From Rebecca billardiae RCC1528 (lineage: Eukaryota > Protista > Haptophyta), in the NCBI GenBank assembly GCA_965240325.2, contig OZ251224.1, forward strand, positions 496,001-560,000: 64,000 bases of DNA, in the 5' to 3' direction. Shown here in pieces: positions 1-11,725 of this stretch; positions within the stretch are counted from its first letter, which is position 1; each line of letters begins with the position of its first letter. A program made the translations under genes and the position numbers. Below the pieces are notes generated by a model, which ran no database searches, was not told where the DNA came from, and saw nothing but the letters and a program-made list of their open reading frames with translations.

Positions 1-835
1 CTTGGCGCGGTGCGGCCGGACGCTCGCCCGCGCGTGCGTTGGGCGAGGCGCGTGACGGCCGGCTCCGAGATTTGGACCTGCTGCGGCCTCGCCGCCTGCG
101 CGTGCGCTCCCGGCCGCCGCCACCAAAGATGCGCTGGCGCCCTTGCGCGAACACATGCCGGCCAGCTCCGCTTCGGCGGGCGCGTGCGCGCGCGCGCTCA
201 CGTGCGCGCTGCGCTTGTGCCGCGCGCGCGCGTCGCCTCGCCAGGCGCGCCTCCGTCGCCAGCGCCCGATCGCGTGTGCGCGCGTCCGTGAGCGCGTGTT
301 GCTGCTCGGCAACGGCACGCCGGCGTGCCACGTCCAGCGCGCGTTGCGCGCGTGCGAGAACGTGATGCATGTGCGCGGGCACGGCGCGTGTGACGCGCTC
401 GAGCACAGCAATCTGGGTGCCCGTCTCGTCGGAAGCGTCGACACCCGGCAAATCGAGCCCGCGCGTCGCACGCGGCTGTCGCCTAGCGGGCACCGGGCGG
501 GGACGGCCCTGCGCCTCGCGCAGCGCGCGCCAGACGCACGCACGAGCGTCGGGCATGTGCGCGGGCGTGCAGCGCAGCGCGCGTGTGAACATGGCGATGT
601 GCGTCTCCGTCGCGTCGAGGGGGTCGACGCCCGCCATGTGCAGCCCGCGCGTCGCGAGCGGCTCCGTCGGCATCCCGGCCGATTCACGCCGGACCACGCC
701 CCGTGCGAACGGAATTGCACGCTGGACCTCCTCTCGTGGGCCGTGCATCCACTCTGGGACGCAGGCCAACGTACGGCAAAGAGCTTCGAGGACAACCGCG
801 GCCGGGCTCGGCGGCTTCGGCGGTTTTTCGGCCAT
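1..835 (-). CDS. Hypothetical protein (runs off the window start) with three ~60-aa helical repeats
   Basis: ATG at 835 (MAEKPPKPPS...), open frame toward base 1. Repeats: VLEALCRTLACVPEWMH / IAMFTRALRCTPAHMP / IAVLERVTRAVPAHMH. Missing from the ORF track, presumably because no stop falls inside the window. Confidence 0.5.
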   Translation of the reverse strand, partial: MAEKPPKPPSPAAVVLEALCRTLACVPEWMHGPREEVQRAIPFARGVVRRESAGMPTEPLATRGLHMAGVDPLDATETHIAMFTRALRCTPAHMPDARACVWRALREAQGRPRPVPARRQPRATRGLDLPGVDASDETGTQIAVLERVTRAVPAHMHHVLARAQRALDVARRRAVAEQQHALTDARTRDRALATEARLARRRARAAQAQRARERARARARRSGAGRHVFAQGRQRIFGGGGRERTRRRRGRSRSKSRSRPSRASPNARAGERPAAPRQ

Positions 836-1938
836 CGCGGCCACCGCCGTTGCGCCGGCCAGAGCGGCGAGGGCCACACGTCTCGTCGTCAGCCAAAACT
901 CGGAGTGGCCGCATGCACGCTTCGAACGACGGCACACCGATGTCGCGGACGCTCGTGGTCGGTTATCGAAACGGACCACCCCACAGTGTTGGGCTCGTAT
1001 GCTGTTGGCAATGGCATACCCCCGCCCCCTCTGGAGGCGGGCTGTCCACAGTGGAGTGGTGTCAAGACACTAGGTGTCTCGGTCAGTGGTTTGAGGTTGG
1101 GTGAGGGTGGTGGTTGGTTGGGGGCTGGCCAGGGTAGGGCTGGAGGCTTCGGCCGCCAGCCTGATCACCCGGAGCCCGTTATAAAGGGGAATATAAAAAT
1201 ACGATTGGCATATGCGAGTGAGTACTTCTCCACACATTCTTGTAGGTTGTCCTAGGAGGCCCGTTTGTATGAAAGTAATCCCCACGCCACATACAAAGAA
1301 TCGAGATCGCGCGCGCGAACATTGTCCTATTTGCCAATACGGTAGAGGAGTCGGGGGGGGAGCATCAGGTAAAAGTGTGTTTTGTGTGGGGGTCGACGCC
1401 CGCCATGTGCAGCCCGCGCGTCGCGAGCGGCTCCGTCGGCATCCCGGCCGATTCACGCCGGACCACGCCCCGTGCGAACGGAATTGCACGCTGGACCTCC
1501 TCTCGTGGGCCGTGCATCCACTCTGGGACGCAGGCCAACGTACGGCAAAGAGCTTCGAGGACAACCGCGGCCGGGCTCGGCGGCTTCGGCGGTTTTTCGG
1601 CCATCGCGGCCACCGCCGTTGCGCCGGCCAGAGCGGCGAGGGCCACACGTCTCGTCGTCAGCCAAAACTCGGAGTGGCCGCATGCACGCTTCGAACGACG
1701 GCACACCGATGTCGCGGACGCTCGTGGTCGGTTATCGAAACGGCAAGGCGATACGATTGGCATATGCGAGTGAGTACTTCTCCACACATTCTTGTAGGTT
1801 GTCCTAGGAGGCCCGTTTGTATGAAAGTAATCCCCACGCCACATACAAAGAATCGAGATCGCGCGCGCGAACATTGTCCTATTTGCCAATACGGTAGAGG
1901 AGTCGGGGGGGAGCATCAGGTAAAAGTGTGTTTTGTGT
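619..1938. repeat. Tandem duplication of the 5' end and upstream region of the first gene
   Basis: 619-974 matches 1388-1743 and 1199-1387 matches 1751-1938 (one G difference). In copy 1, 224 bp (975-1198) replaces the 7-mer CAAGGCG of copy 2. Confidence 0.95.
975..1198 (+). mobile_element. 224-bp CpG-poor insertion, possible non-LTR retrotransposon RT fragment
   Basis: Boundaries are fixed by comparison with the duplicate copy. It translates to ...QWSGVKTLGVSV..., reminiscent of the RT domain-7 GVKxLGV motif. No TSD. Confidence 0.4.
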
Positions 1939-2017
1939 AACTACTGAGCTATATAGTCGTAGTCGTACATTAGTTGCCCGACGATCGGCTATGGCTCGCG
2001 TCATCAGGCTAGCGTCA

Positions 2018-4194
2018 TCAGCAAAACGCCCGCACTTCGCTGAGTTCGCTGCTGCTGTTCAACAGCGCATCAGCCGTTGCTGGGCTCCTGCGGCTACGCC
2101 TACGATCACGACGGGGCACCTTGGCTCGCTGCCAGCTGGCGGCCACCGTGTGCAGTGCTTCCCGCCACTGTGGACGCGCTCGCTCCTGCTCGCCTAGCTC
2201 AGCCAACGGCTTGCGACGCCGCTGCTCCGCGGCGAGCAACTCCTGGCGCTCACCAGCGAGTCGTCTGTGCGCTGCTGTCCGACGTCCCTTTGCTGGCTTC
2301 GCGCCGGGGCGCTGGGCCAGGGCTGCAGATCCACCGGGTGCTTTGGGCGCAGGAGAATCCAACGGGCCCAGCGACGAGCCCACGCGGAGCATGACGACCT
2401 CGCTGCACTCGGGGCACAGCGGGTTGATCTCCTTCGCCACCGTGCGGTACCCTCGGTCCATGAGCTCGAGGACGAGCGCCGCCACCTCGCGACGGCCCTT
2501 GTGCGCCACCAGGCTCGGAGGCACTGCCGGCGCGCCGCGCGTGTGAATCTCAAAGCTGAGCTCGAGCGGCAGCAAGTGCGCGGGGAGAGTCAGGAGCTCA
2601 CGACTGATCAGATCCCACTCGAACCCTTCGATGTCGAACTTGAACAGGTCGATGGGGCGCTCCGTGTGGTTGAGCTCGGCGAGCACCTGCGTGAGCCGCT
2701 TGAAGTGCTCCGGCGTGTACGCGCCCAGAGTGTGCGAGTACACGCTGGCAGTGCGCACGGCGGAGGCGTTGGGCGGGAGCTCCCCGATGCACCATGGGTG
2801 GAAGCGGAACGTCGTGCCCCGAAGCGCCTGCGAATCCGGCGCGACCGTGCAGTCGAAGGCGTGCACCTCGCAGCCGTGCTGAGAGAAGCCCTCCTCAAAA
2901 GCCGCGTCGTCCGCAATGCCCATGCCGTACACGACGCATCGGCGCGCGCCGGGGGCGAGCTTGGGCTTCAGGACGCGCTTGCCGTCCTCAAACTCGCGAG
3001 GCGCCATGACCAGGGCCCGGTGCAGAGGGAGTGCGATGCTCACGTCGACGAATCTGAGCGTGGCGGAATCGTTCAGCCGCGGGGCGGTGACAGCGCGCAC
3101 GAGCCTTGCCCGGGCGCTTAGCGCGCAGTTGCCAAGCGCTTCATCGAGGAGCGACGCCTGCGAGAGGCTCGAAGCGGCTGCATCGCCCGCAAACGACTCG
3201 CCGAACGCCGTGACGACAAGCGCCGCCATCGCTGAGACCGCCATGACTGTGACCGTTGCACCACTGTTACAGAATGACAACGAATACGTATCATGATCGG
3301 CCTGTACTGTGGCCTGCACAGGCCGCCCCCAGTCACCGGTGGCACTCGCCCCCCCGCTTGGACACCCCCCGGGGTGTAGCCAGGGAGGTGCCAGCAGCAG
3401 CGCCGGCGCTCAAGCACCACCCGTCGCGCCGCGTGGCGACCCCCCCGTGGTGGGGCGTGGCCCGCCGGCCAAACGGAGCCGCCCGGATTCCGATACCCTG
3501 CAGCAGCCTCTCTGGCCTGGCGCCCCCGCTCCTGACCAGCCCAGACCCCCGACGCCTGCGGTGCCGGAGGCCCCGCCCCTACGCAAGTCTGCCAGGCTGT
3601 GCCAGCGCCGCACGCGCGGCGCGGCCATGACTGCAGCTCCACACCGGCAAAACGACGCTTCGCGCGCACCCGGCGCGCCGACACAGCCTGCCCGGGAGAA
3701 GCCAGCAGGGGCTGACCTTGGGCAGCAGCCATACATGCAGGCCAGCATGAGCGGCGGGGTGGCATCAGAGCCGGCCCCGGCCCGCAAACGCAAACAGCCG
3801 GACGCCCCGGCCCACACAGCTGATGCGCCAGCAAACCCTGCTCCGGGCCACAGAACCCTGCCGCCGGCTTTGAGGCCGACACGCCACACTGGGGCACATA
3901 TCACCTGAGGGCCGGGCCTTCTGTGTGATAAGCTACCCCAGTCATGCCGCTTGATACACACCTTCCCCAACTGACAGTGGGGCTCTACATTCCCTACTAC
4001 ATCCTCATCCTGTCGGCGCGCTGTCGCATCGGCGCCCAGTCGGCGAGTTCGGACGACGACGTTTTGTGGACGACGGTGGGGCGAGGACGACGGGCGCTGG
4101 CGCGCCGCGAGGCGGCCGCAGCCCTCATCCAGGCCTCGCAGGCGGACGGCTGAACGAATTTTTCCGGCGGCGCTACCATCGGCGACGGCTTCAT
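2018..4194 (-). CDS. Membrane-anchored SAM-dependent methyltransferase (Methyltransf_22/METTL24-like); proposed exons 4194-4001 and 3263-2018
   Basis: Motifs CVVYGMGIADDAAFE, CEVHAFDCT, FHPWCIG, IDLFKFDIEGFEW, ELSFEIH, KEINPLCPECSE. Hydrophobic anchor VTVMAVSAMAALVVTAF. The domain call is firm; joining exon 1 is an inference. Confidence 0.8.
3264..4000 (+). mobile_element. 737-bp insertion resembling a 5'-truncated non-LTR retroelement 3' end; forms a putative GT..AG intron on the minus strand
   Basis: Fewer CpG/CGCG runs than the flanking exons. Pro-rich ORF tail 3309-3908, then a UTR-like stretch ending CTACATTCCCTACTAC. On the minus strand it starts GTAGTAG at 4000 and ends TAACAG at 3264. 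Confidence 0.55.
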
Positions 4195-4222
4195 GGGCGG
4201 TGACAGTTGGCGGGCGTCAATC

Positions 4223-4268
4223 TCGCCTGCCTGAGCTGTGTGCGTCTCTTATTCTTAGTAAACTGTAC
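4223..4268. repeat. 46-bp dispersed motif, copy 1
   Basis: TCGCCTGCCTGAGCTGTGTGCGTCTCTTATTCTTAGTAAACTGTAC; 45/46 identical to 55671-55716. Confidence 0.95.
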
Positions 4269-4947
4269 TGTAGACGCCGATCTTCGGGTAGTAAACAACG
4301 ACGTTGAGGGCGCACGGCCCTAGTTGTCGCGTTCTGACACTGTTCCAGTAGTACTTATTCAGTCTTCACGAATCGTGCAGCCCACGAGTCACGTCGTGAG
4401 CCGACAGCAGCCGGCTTGTGTGACTAGTCACCGTAGTGCCCCCGCGAGCAGCAACTGCCTGCTGGCGCAACTGCCCGTGCTCCCGGTCTGATAATCGGCC
4501 GTGCTCACAGCTCAGTGATCCAGTACTTCACGAATCGCGCAGCTCATCGTGAGCAGCAGCCGGCTTGTGACTTGTGTCGCGACACGGTCGTACCGCGGTC
4601 CGACGGTGCATGAGCCGTGACGGTCAGCCGCCGAGGCCGCCATCATCGATCATGCTGCTCTAACAGCTCAGTGGCAGTGTATAACGGCGACGCAGCGAGG
4701 CAGAGCGGCGCGCAAGATGATGTGACTCATCGACTGCATCAATACTTCCAAGCACACTCGGTCTCGCGGGTCTGTAGTTAGCCGCCTCACAGCTCGTCTC
4801 CACAACGGGGCTGCCGAGCCCGCCGCCGAGCCAGCCCGACCGGGCACCGGGCACCGGTCACCCAGAGCCCTTGAATCACCGCTGTCAGCTGCCTGGCTCA
4901 CTGCCACTCCGCCACCCACAGCCACCGGTTACCGCCGCCACAATCAC

Positions 4948-5143
4948 CGCTACAGTCCCCCCGTCGAGCCCGCCGCTACAGTCCCCCCCGTCGAGCCCGC
5001 CACCGGCACGAGTGCCGGCGTGAGGCACAGCAAACCATTCGTGCGAGCCACGCGGAGGATGGCGCTCGGGGCAAAGTGAGGCACACGCAAACCATTCGTG
5101 CGAGCAACGCGGAGGACGGCGCTCGGGGCAAAGTGAGGCACAC
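4948..5143. repeat. Two small tandem duplications (~27 bp x2 and 57 bp x2)
   Basis: CGCTACAGTCCCCC(C)GTCGAGCCCGC twice at 4948-5001. GCAAACCATTCGTGCGAGC...AAAGTGAGGCACAC starts at 5030 and 5087. Confidence 0.85.
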
Positions 5144-6284
5144 TGCCGCTGCGCAGCGGGCCGAGCGCGGCGCATCCTCCGCGGACCGACTCGGCCGAAG
5201 CCGCGCCTCGCGCCGTGCGCAGCCTCACCGCCCTCCTCCGCTGATAGTGCTCGCTCCGCTCCGCTCGTGAGCTCCGAGCGCCGAGGCAAACACTCAAACA
5301 GACCTAGGTCATGGGTTCAAAACCAGTTTCCAGGTCTCTCTTCGGAGAGCGTGCGACGATGAAGGATGGCGCGGCAACCTGCCACCGTGAGCCTTACGCA
5401 CGTTAAAACAAATAAACTGTACCTTCAGCTTGCTGCATACATTAATATCAGATTAATTAGAAGGGGCGTATGATTTGAAATACGCTTTACCGGTAATATT
5501 CCATCCAAAAATTAATATGAGCTGTCGCGTTTTGCGCGGCCTCGCGGGGCGCATCGCCGTGTTCGACGTGCCTTCACTACGGGGCGGCTCCAACGCGGAT
5601 TCCTTGCTCGTAAATAATCTCAGAAAGGATACTGCGGTTGGCACATAGGCGCCCCGCGCGGGAACGCCGGTTCGGGCCTACCCGCGCAATGACATCTCGT
5701 CGCTTTTATGAAACTGAGGAGTGAACGACTATCAAGAGAATGTTCGATATCTCAGACCTTGTTTGCAATCTGTTCAACAGGCGAATATTGACTATCAGAA
5801 AGGTAGCTGGAGATGTCTTTATCCTATTTGATTTCGATTTCTTCTATTACTTACTATCGTTAAAAATAAGGGGCAGTACAAACGCAATCATTGGCAGCGA
5901 TATCCACTCATGTGCGCTTGTAACACCTAAATCCACCTACAAAAAACCCAAATCCTGCGCGCGCATCCTCTTTTTGATTTTGCGGAGCACGTGCGCCGCC
6001 GCCCCCGGCTTTCGCTCACGCTCAGACCTTTCGGGGGGGGGCGTGCGCCATAATAATGGAAATTACTGTATTGGTCGCGTGTTTTTGATATGCCGATGAT
6101 TCAGGAGTAAGCTAGGCGCGAATTCTGTGTCGTGAGTCGTGACGACATGGATGCGCGCGCATCGCCGATCGTCACGTGGCTCCGGTGGACAGGCTCGCTC
6201 GTCACGCCGGGCTGCGGCGCGCTGCACTTAAGTATAGCGCGTCTCGGCGCGCCGAGTAATTAAAAATAATACAACAATACGTCA

Positions 6285-6310
<26 letters not shown>
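6285..6310. repeat. (TG)n microsatellite
   Basis: Read directly. Confidence 0.95.
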
Positions 6311-6315
<5 letters not shown>

Positions 6316-6739
6316 ATCGCGCGCGTAGTCATATTCAATGGCGGTGTGGATGGGTGGCATGGGACCTCCGCTTTGTCTTTGAGCAGACGATGCCGAGCAC
6401 CGCGACTGGCGCGAGCACGGAGCATCAATAATCGAGCGCATCGCGTCATCATATTGCAGCACTGTCAGTGAGTGTCACTGTCAGCGCAACTGAGTCATCA
6501 GAGTGATCAGTGGCATGGCCGGAGTTAGCGCCCTGAGCAGTACTCGGCTCGCGTGGCGACGGCCGACGGCCGATATCGTCACGTCCACGATGTCGTGAGA
6601 CACTGATGTGATGACTGTGAGTCGGATATGACGATCGTGAGTGACGTCGACGAAGCAGCATAGCTAGACGATATATTTTTACGATGATGATGACGACGAT
6701 ATTTTATAAGCTAGTATATAGCAGAATAGCGTAGCTACT

Positions 6740-7394
6740 TTATTGTCCTTCGTTGCCCGCGTCGGCGTCTGCGCCCGCGGCCATGCTCCCGTGCGCGCCG
6801 CCAAGGTCGACGGTGCCGGTGCCGTTCTGCTGCGGCGGCATCGGCGTCGGCGGCGCCTCGTCCGAGCCCTCGTCCGCCGCTGCCGCGGCGGCGGCAGCAG
6901 GCGAGGACGGCGCGGGCTGCTGCGGCTTGGCGAGCGCATGATGCGGCGCGCTGGCATCGGCGCGCGCTGCCGCGATCTCGTCGTCAGGCTCGCGCCCGCC
7001 CTGGCTCACGCCCTCGTCCTCCTCGTCCTCCTCGCTGCGCGGGTGCTCAGAGGCGGATGGCGCGCCAGCAGCAGCAGCAGCAGCGGCGGCAGGCACCGCG
7101 ACGCACCCGTCAGGCTCATCATCGCTGCAGCCGCCGCCGCACGCTGCGCTCGCTTCTGGGGCGGCGGCCGGCGGCGCCGCCGCAGCCTCGCAGACGGCCG
7201 CGGGCTCAGCCGCGGGCGCGTCGGCGGCGCCGCCCTGGGCGGCGGCCGGACCGCTCGGCTGCGCCGCCTCGTCGTCCACAGCGGCGGGCGCGCTGTCCTC
7301 GGGGGCAGGCGGTGCGGCCGCCGCGGCGCTCGCGCCCTGCGGCGGTGGCGCCGCGTCCGCCGCAGCAGGCGCAGCTTGCGCCGGCTGCGCTGCC

Positions 7395-7429
<35 letters not shown>

Positions 7430-10400
7430 CTGTGCCTGCAAAGCGCCGCGCTGCGCGCCGACCTGCTCGAGCGCCGTGTTGAGCTCGTCCGCCAGCTCAA
7501 AGTCCTCCGCGCTCACTGCCGCCTCGATCTGGCCCTCCAGCGAGCTGGCGCGCGTGCCGAGCGCGGCCAGCGCGCGCGCGGCCTCGGCCGGGTCGGGCGG
7601 CGGCGGCGGCGCGGGGGCAGCGGGGGCGGGGGCGGGCGCGGCGGGCGCGGCGTCGCTCGGCGCGGCCGCGGCGGGCACGGCTGCGGGCGCCGCGCTCGCG
7701 TCCCCCGCCGCCGCCTCCTCCTCGCCCTCCTCCCCCGAGCTCGCACTCAGCTCCCAGCCCGCGTCGGCGCCGGCGTCGGCGTCGGCGCCGGCGGCGTCGG
7801 CCGGCGCGGCCGCGCGCGCGGCCGCGAGCGCGTGCGCCACCGCCGCCGCCTCCGCCGCCGCCTCTGAGGCTTGTGCCTCGGGGGGCAGCCCGTGGCGCTC
7901 GCGCAGCGCCGCGGCCTCCGCGCACACCGCGTCGCGCTCGGCCTCCAGGTGGCACGCCTCCACCTCGTTGCCTGCCGAGGCGGGCAGCGCGGCGCAGGGC
8001 GACGGGTGCTGAGCGGCGCGCGCGCGGCGGCGCGCGCACCGCGCGGCGCGGCGCGCGGTGCGCGCGCCGGTGCGCGCGCGGCTGCTCGCGCGCGCGCGCG
8101 CGCAGCGTACCGTCACGGCGCGCGCGGCGCATCGCGCGCGCGAGCAGCCGTGCGTACGCGCGCATGTGCGCGCTCAGCGCCACGTCCGACTCGCGCGAGC
8201 TCCGCTCCAGCCGCCCCTCCAGCGCCGAGCGCTCGGCCGCGAGCGCGTCGAGGCGCGCGGCGCACGCGTCCGTGCGCGCGCGCGCGTCCGCGTGCCGCGC
8301 GTCTGCGTCGGCCGCGCGCGCGCTGAGCTCCTTGGCCTGCGCGGCGAGGCGCGCCGCCTCCTTGAACGCGCGCTGCCCGACCGCCAGCCGCTTCGCCTCC
8401 TCCACCTCCGGCAGCGCGCCGCGCGCGTCCGACGCCGCGCGCTCGTGCTCGCGCGCCTCAGCGCGCGCGGCCGCGAGCGCGAGCGCCTCCGCGGCCTCCG
8501 CGTGCGCCAGCGCCTGCGCCGGGCGGCGCGCGGCGGCGGAGGGGGGCGGGGGCGCGGCAGGGCGCGAGCAGGGCGGCGGGGGGAGCGGCGCGCGGGCACG
8601 CGCGCGTGGGCGTGCGCGCGCACGCCGGCCGCGGCACGCCGCGTGTGCGCGCGCACGCCCGCGCGCGCGCAGCGCAGCGCGCGCGCGCGCACCTCGACGC
8701 GCGCGCGGCCCTCGGCTGCGGCGGCCTCGGCCGCGTGCGCGCGTCTCTGCGTGGCCGCCCACAGCGCGCCGAGGCGCTCGGCGGCGGCGCGCGCGCGCTC
8801 GGCGACGCGCACCGCCTGCGCCGCGCGCGCCGCCGCGCGCTCCGCCTCCGCGCGGTACGCCAGCACGCCGCCCTCCGCCGCCTCACACGCCGCGCGCCGC
8901 GCCGCGAGCGCGGCGCGCGCGTCGGCGAGCGCGGCCGCGTGCGCCTCGGAGCGCGCGCGCTGCGAGCCGAGCTCGGCGCGCTGCAGGTCGAGGCGGTGGA
9001 GCTGGCGCGAGAAGGGCGCGCGCGCCTGCGCGACCGCCGCGTCCGCGCTCGCCAGCCGCTCCTCGCACGCCGCCGCCTCGCCCCTCGCCGCCTCGAGCTC
9101 CCGACTCAGCCGCTCACAGCGCGCGCGCAGCTCTGTGAGTTGTGCTGCGCACGCGGCCCGCTCGGCAATGGCGGGCTGCGCGCCCGCCTGCACGCGCGCG
9201 CCGAGGGCGGCCTCCTCGGCGGCGAGGTCGTCGAGGTCGGAGGCGAGGCGGCGCTCGTCGCGCTCCAGCCGCTCCTCCTGCACCGCCAGCCGCTCCGCCT
9301 CCTCCGCCACCGCCGCGCGCTCCGCCTCCGCCGCCGCGCGCCGCGCGCCGACGTCGCCATCGAGCACGTGCGCGACACGCGCCGCGTGCGCGCGCCGCGC
9401 GCCGCACTCGGAGTCAAGCAGCGCGACGCGGCGCGCGGCGCAGGCGTGGAGGTCGCGCGTCGTCTGCGCGAGCTCCGCCTCCGCGCGCCGCTGCGCCTCC
9501 GCCGCCTCGCGCAGGCTGCCGTTCAGCGCGTCGGCGGCGTCGTACTGCTCCGCGGCAGAAGCGTCGGACTGCGCGCGCTCGATGGCGAGGGTGCGCTCGC
9601 GCGCGCGCCGCGCGGCCTCGGCGGCGCGGCGCCTGCGCTCGGCGCAGGCGCGCTGCTCGTCGCGCAGCGCGCTCAGCTGGGCGTGCACGGCGCGCAGCGC
9701 GCCGCCCAGCGCCGCGTCGGCGCGCTCGAGCTCCGTGCCGCCGCCCGCCGCCTCCGCGCCGCCGGTGTCAGCGCCGCCGGCCGACGGTTCGGCTTCGGCC
9801 GCGGCCGTGGCCGCGCCAGCGCCCGGCGTGGGCGCGCGCGGCGCGCGCTGGCCGCCGGGGCCCGCGCCGCCCGCGGCGCCGGCGCCGCCCGCCATCAGCG
9901 CGGCCGGGTGCGGGTGCGCCGGCGGCGCCGCCCGTCGGCCCTCGGCGCCGCCGCCGTCCGCGCCGCCCGCGCCGGCCGCCGCCGAGCCGGCCGCCGCCGC
10001 CGCCGCCGCCTCCGCCGCCTCCGCCGCCGCCGCCGCCGCCAGCCCAAAAGGGCCTTCGGCGCGCGCGGCGGGCACGGGCGTCGGCGCGCCGCTGGAGTGC
10101 GGCGAGGCGGTGGGCGCGGGCGTCGCGGGCGTGTGCGGCGCCCTGCGCAGCGTGAGCCCACCAAAGATCGAGCCCATCGCGCCGAGCAGCCCCCCACCAG
10201 CCGAGCCGGGTGCGTCCAGCGCCGCAGCGGGGTGCGCGGGCGCGTGTGCCGGCTGCGCGCCGAGCTGCGCGCCGCGCGGCGGCGGCGTGGCGCTGGGCCG
10301 CGCCTGCTCGGCGAGCGCGGGCGGCGGCGGCGGCGAGGCGGCGTGCGAAGGTGCGCCGCAACCAGCCGGCGCGCTCGGGTGCTGGGGTGCGTGCGCGCAC

Positions 10401-11725
10401 ACCGCGCCGCGCGGCAGCGCCGCCTCGCCAACAGAGCGCTCGGCCGGCGCAGCGCACCCGCCGTCGCCGCCGCCCGCCGCCGCGCACCCGCCCCCCTCTG
10501 CCGCGTACCCGGGCGCGTGGTGCACGCCCGCCTCGGCGCCGTGCGCGGAGCCGCACGAGAGGCCCGACTGCTGCGAGTGCTGCGAGTGCAGGCTCTCCCT
10601 CGAGCTGACGGCAGCGATGGGTCCGAGGCACGCCGCGCCGCACGCCGCGCCGCACGCCGCGCCGCACGCCGCGCCGCGCGACCCCCCAGCCGAGCCCGGC
10701 GTGAGGCCCGGCGCCGCGGCCGCTGGGTCCGCGCTGCCGCCACTCGCCGCGCTCGTGCCCGCCGCGCCGCCGCACGCCGCGCGCGGCAGCGGGGGCGCGC
10801 CGGCGGGTCGGGCGCACGCGCCGCCGTGCTCGGCCGCACACGGCTGCGGGCAGCCCGGCGCGCGCGCGGCGCGGTCCTCCGCGTACGGCGCGCACGCGTG
10901 CACCGCAGGCAGCGCGCGCGCGTCCGCGCGCGACCCGCCGGCAGGCTGCGGCACGGGCGGAGCCGCGCCGCCCTCGCTCCCCGCGTCTGGCCGAGCGGCA
11001 TGCGCCGCGCCCGCGCCCCTGGCCGCATCCGCGCTGGCGGGCAGCCCAGCGGGCGCAGCGTTGGGCGGCTGCGCGGCCGGCGGCGGCGGCGGCGGGGGCG
11101 CGGCGGTCGGCATGGGCGGTACCCACTCCGCCGGCCCGCCGGCAGCCCCGCCCGCCGCCGCCCGACCCGGCGGCACCGCTGCCGCACGCGTCGCACCAGC
11201 TGTGGGCTCGGCAGGCGGCAGCATGGCCGCCGCGCTCCCATCGGCCCCAGCGCCGACCGGCACTCGCTCCTCCGCGGCGGGCACCGCGTGATCAGCAGGC
11301 TGGTCGCTCTCACGCGCGTACCCGGGACGCCTAGCGACGATCTTCTTCTTCTTCACCTGCCCCTTGGCGCGGTGCAGGGCGGAAGGCTTGGCGCCCGCGC
11401 TCCCGGCCGGCGACGCCGGCTCACCCTCGGCTTGGCCGACGCTCGTCGTGGGCGTGACCGGAGGGGGGTCCGCGTGCAGAAAGGCGAACGCCGAGGGCGA
11501 GTCATCCGTCGGCGGCGGCGCGCTCTCCGCGCTCTGCTGGATGAAGGCGAAGCTCGAGCGCCGCTCCTCGGCCGGCTGCGGCGGCGCGTCTGGCGCGGCG
11601 TCGATGAACGAGAAGCTGCTCGCACCGCCGGCGTGCCCGCCATTGTGCGTGGCGTCGGTGCCGGCGCTGTGACCACGCGCGCCGTCGTCCGCCCCCTGCG
11701 GCCGCACGTCCAGCCCGCTGAACAT
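6740..11725 (-). CDS. Large low-complexity coiled-coil protein with UVR (UvrB/C)-like motifs; introns 8692-8514 and 8110-7972
   Basis: Start MFSGLDV; KKKKIVARRPGYAR motif. UVR-like helices IERAQSDASAAEQYDAADAL, VEEAKRLAVGQRAFKEAARL, LEGQIEAAVSAEDFELADEL. Two GT..AG introns join three ORFs in frame. Confidence 0.8.

Noticed and set aside
5740-6099. 119-aa AT-rich ORF
   Set aside because: Codon usage is unlike host genes and there is no motif; it lies in a probable repeat.
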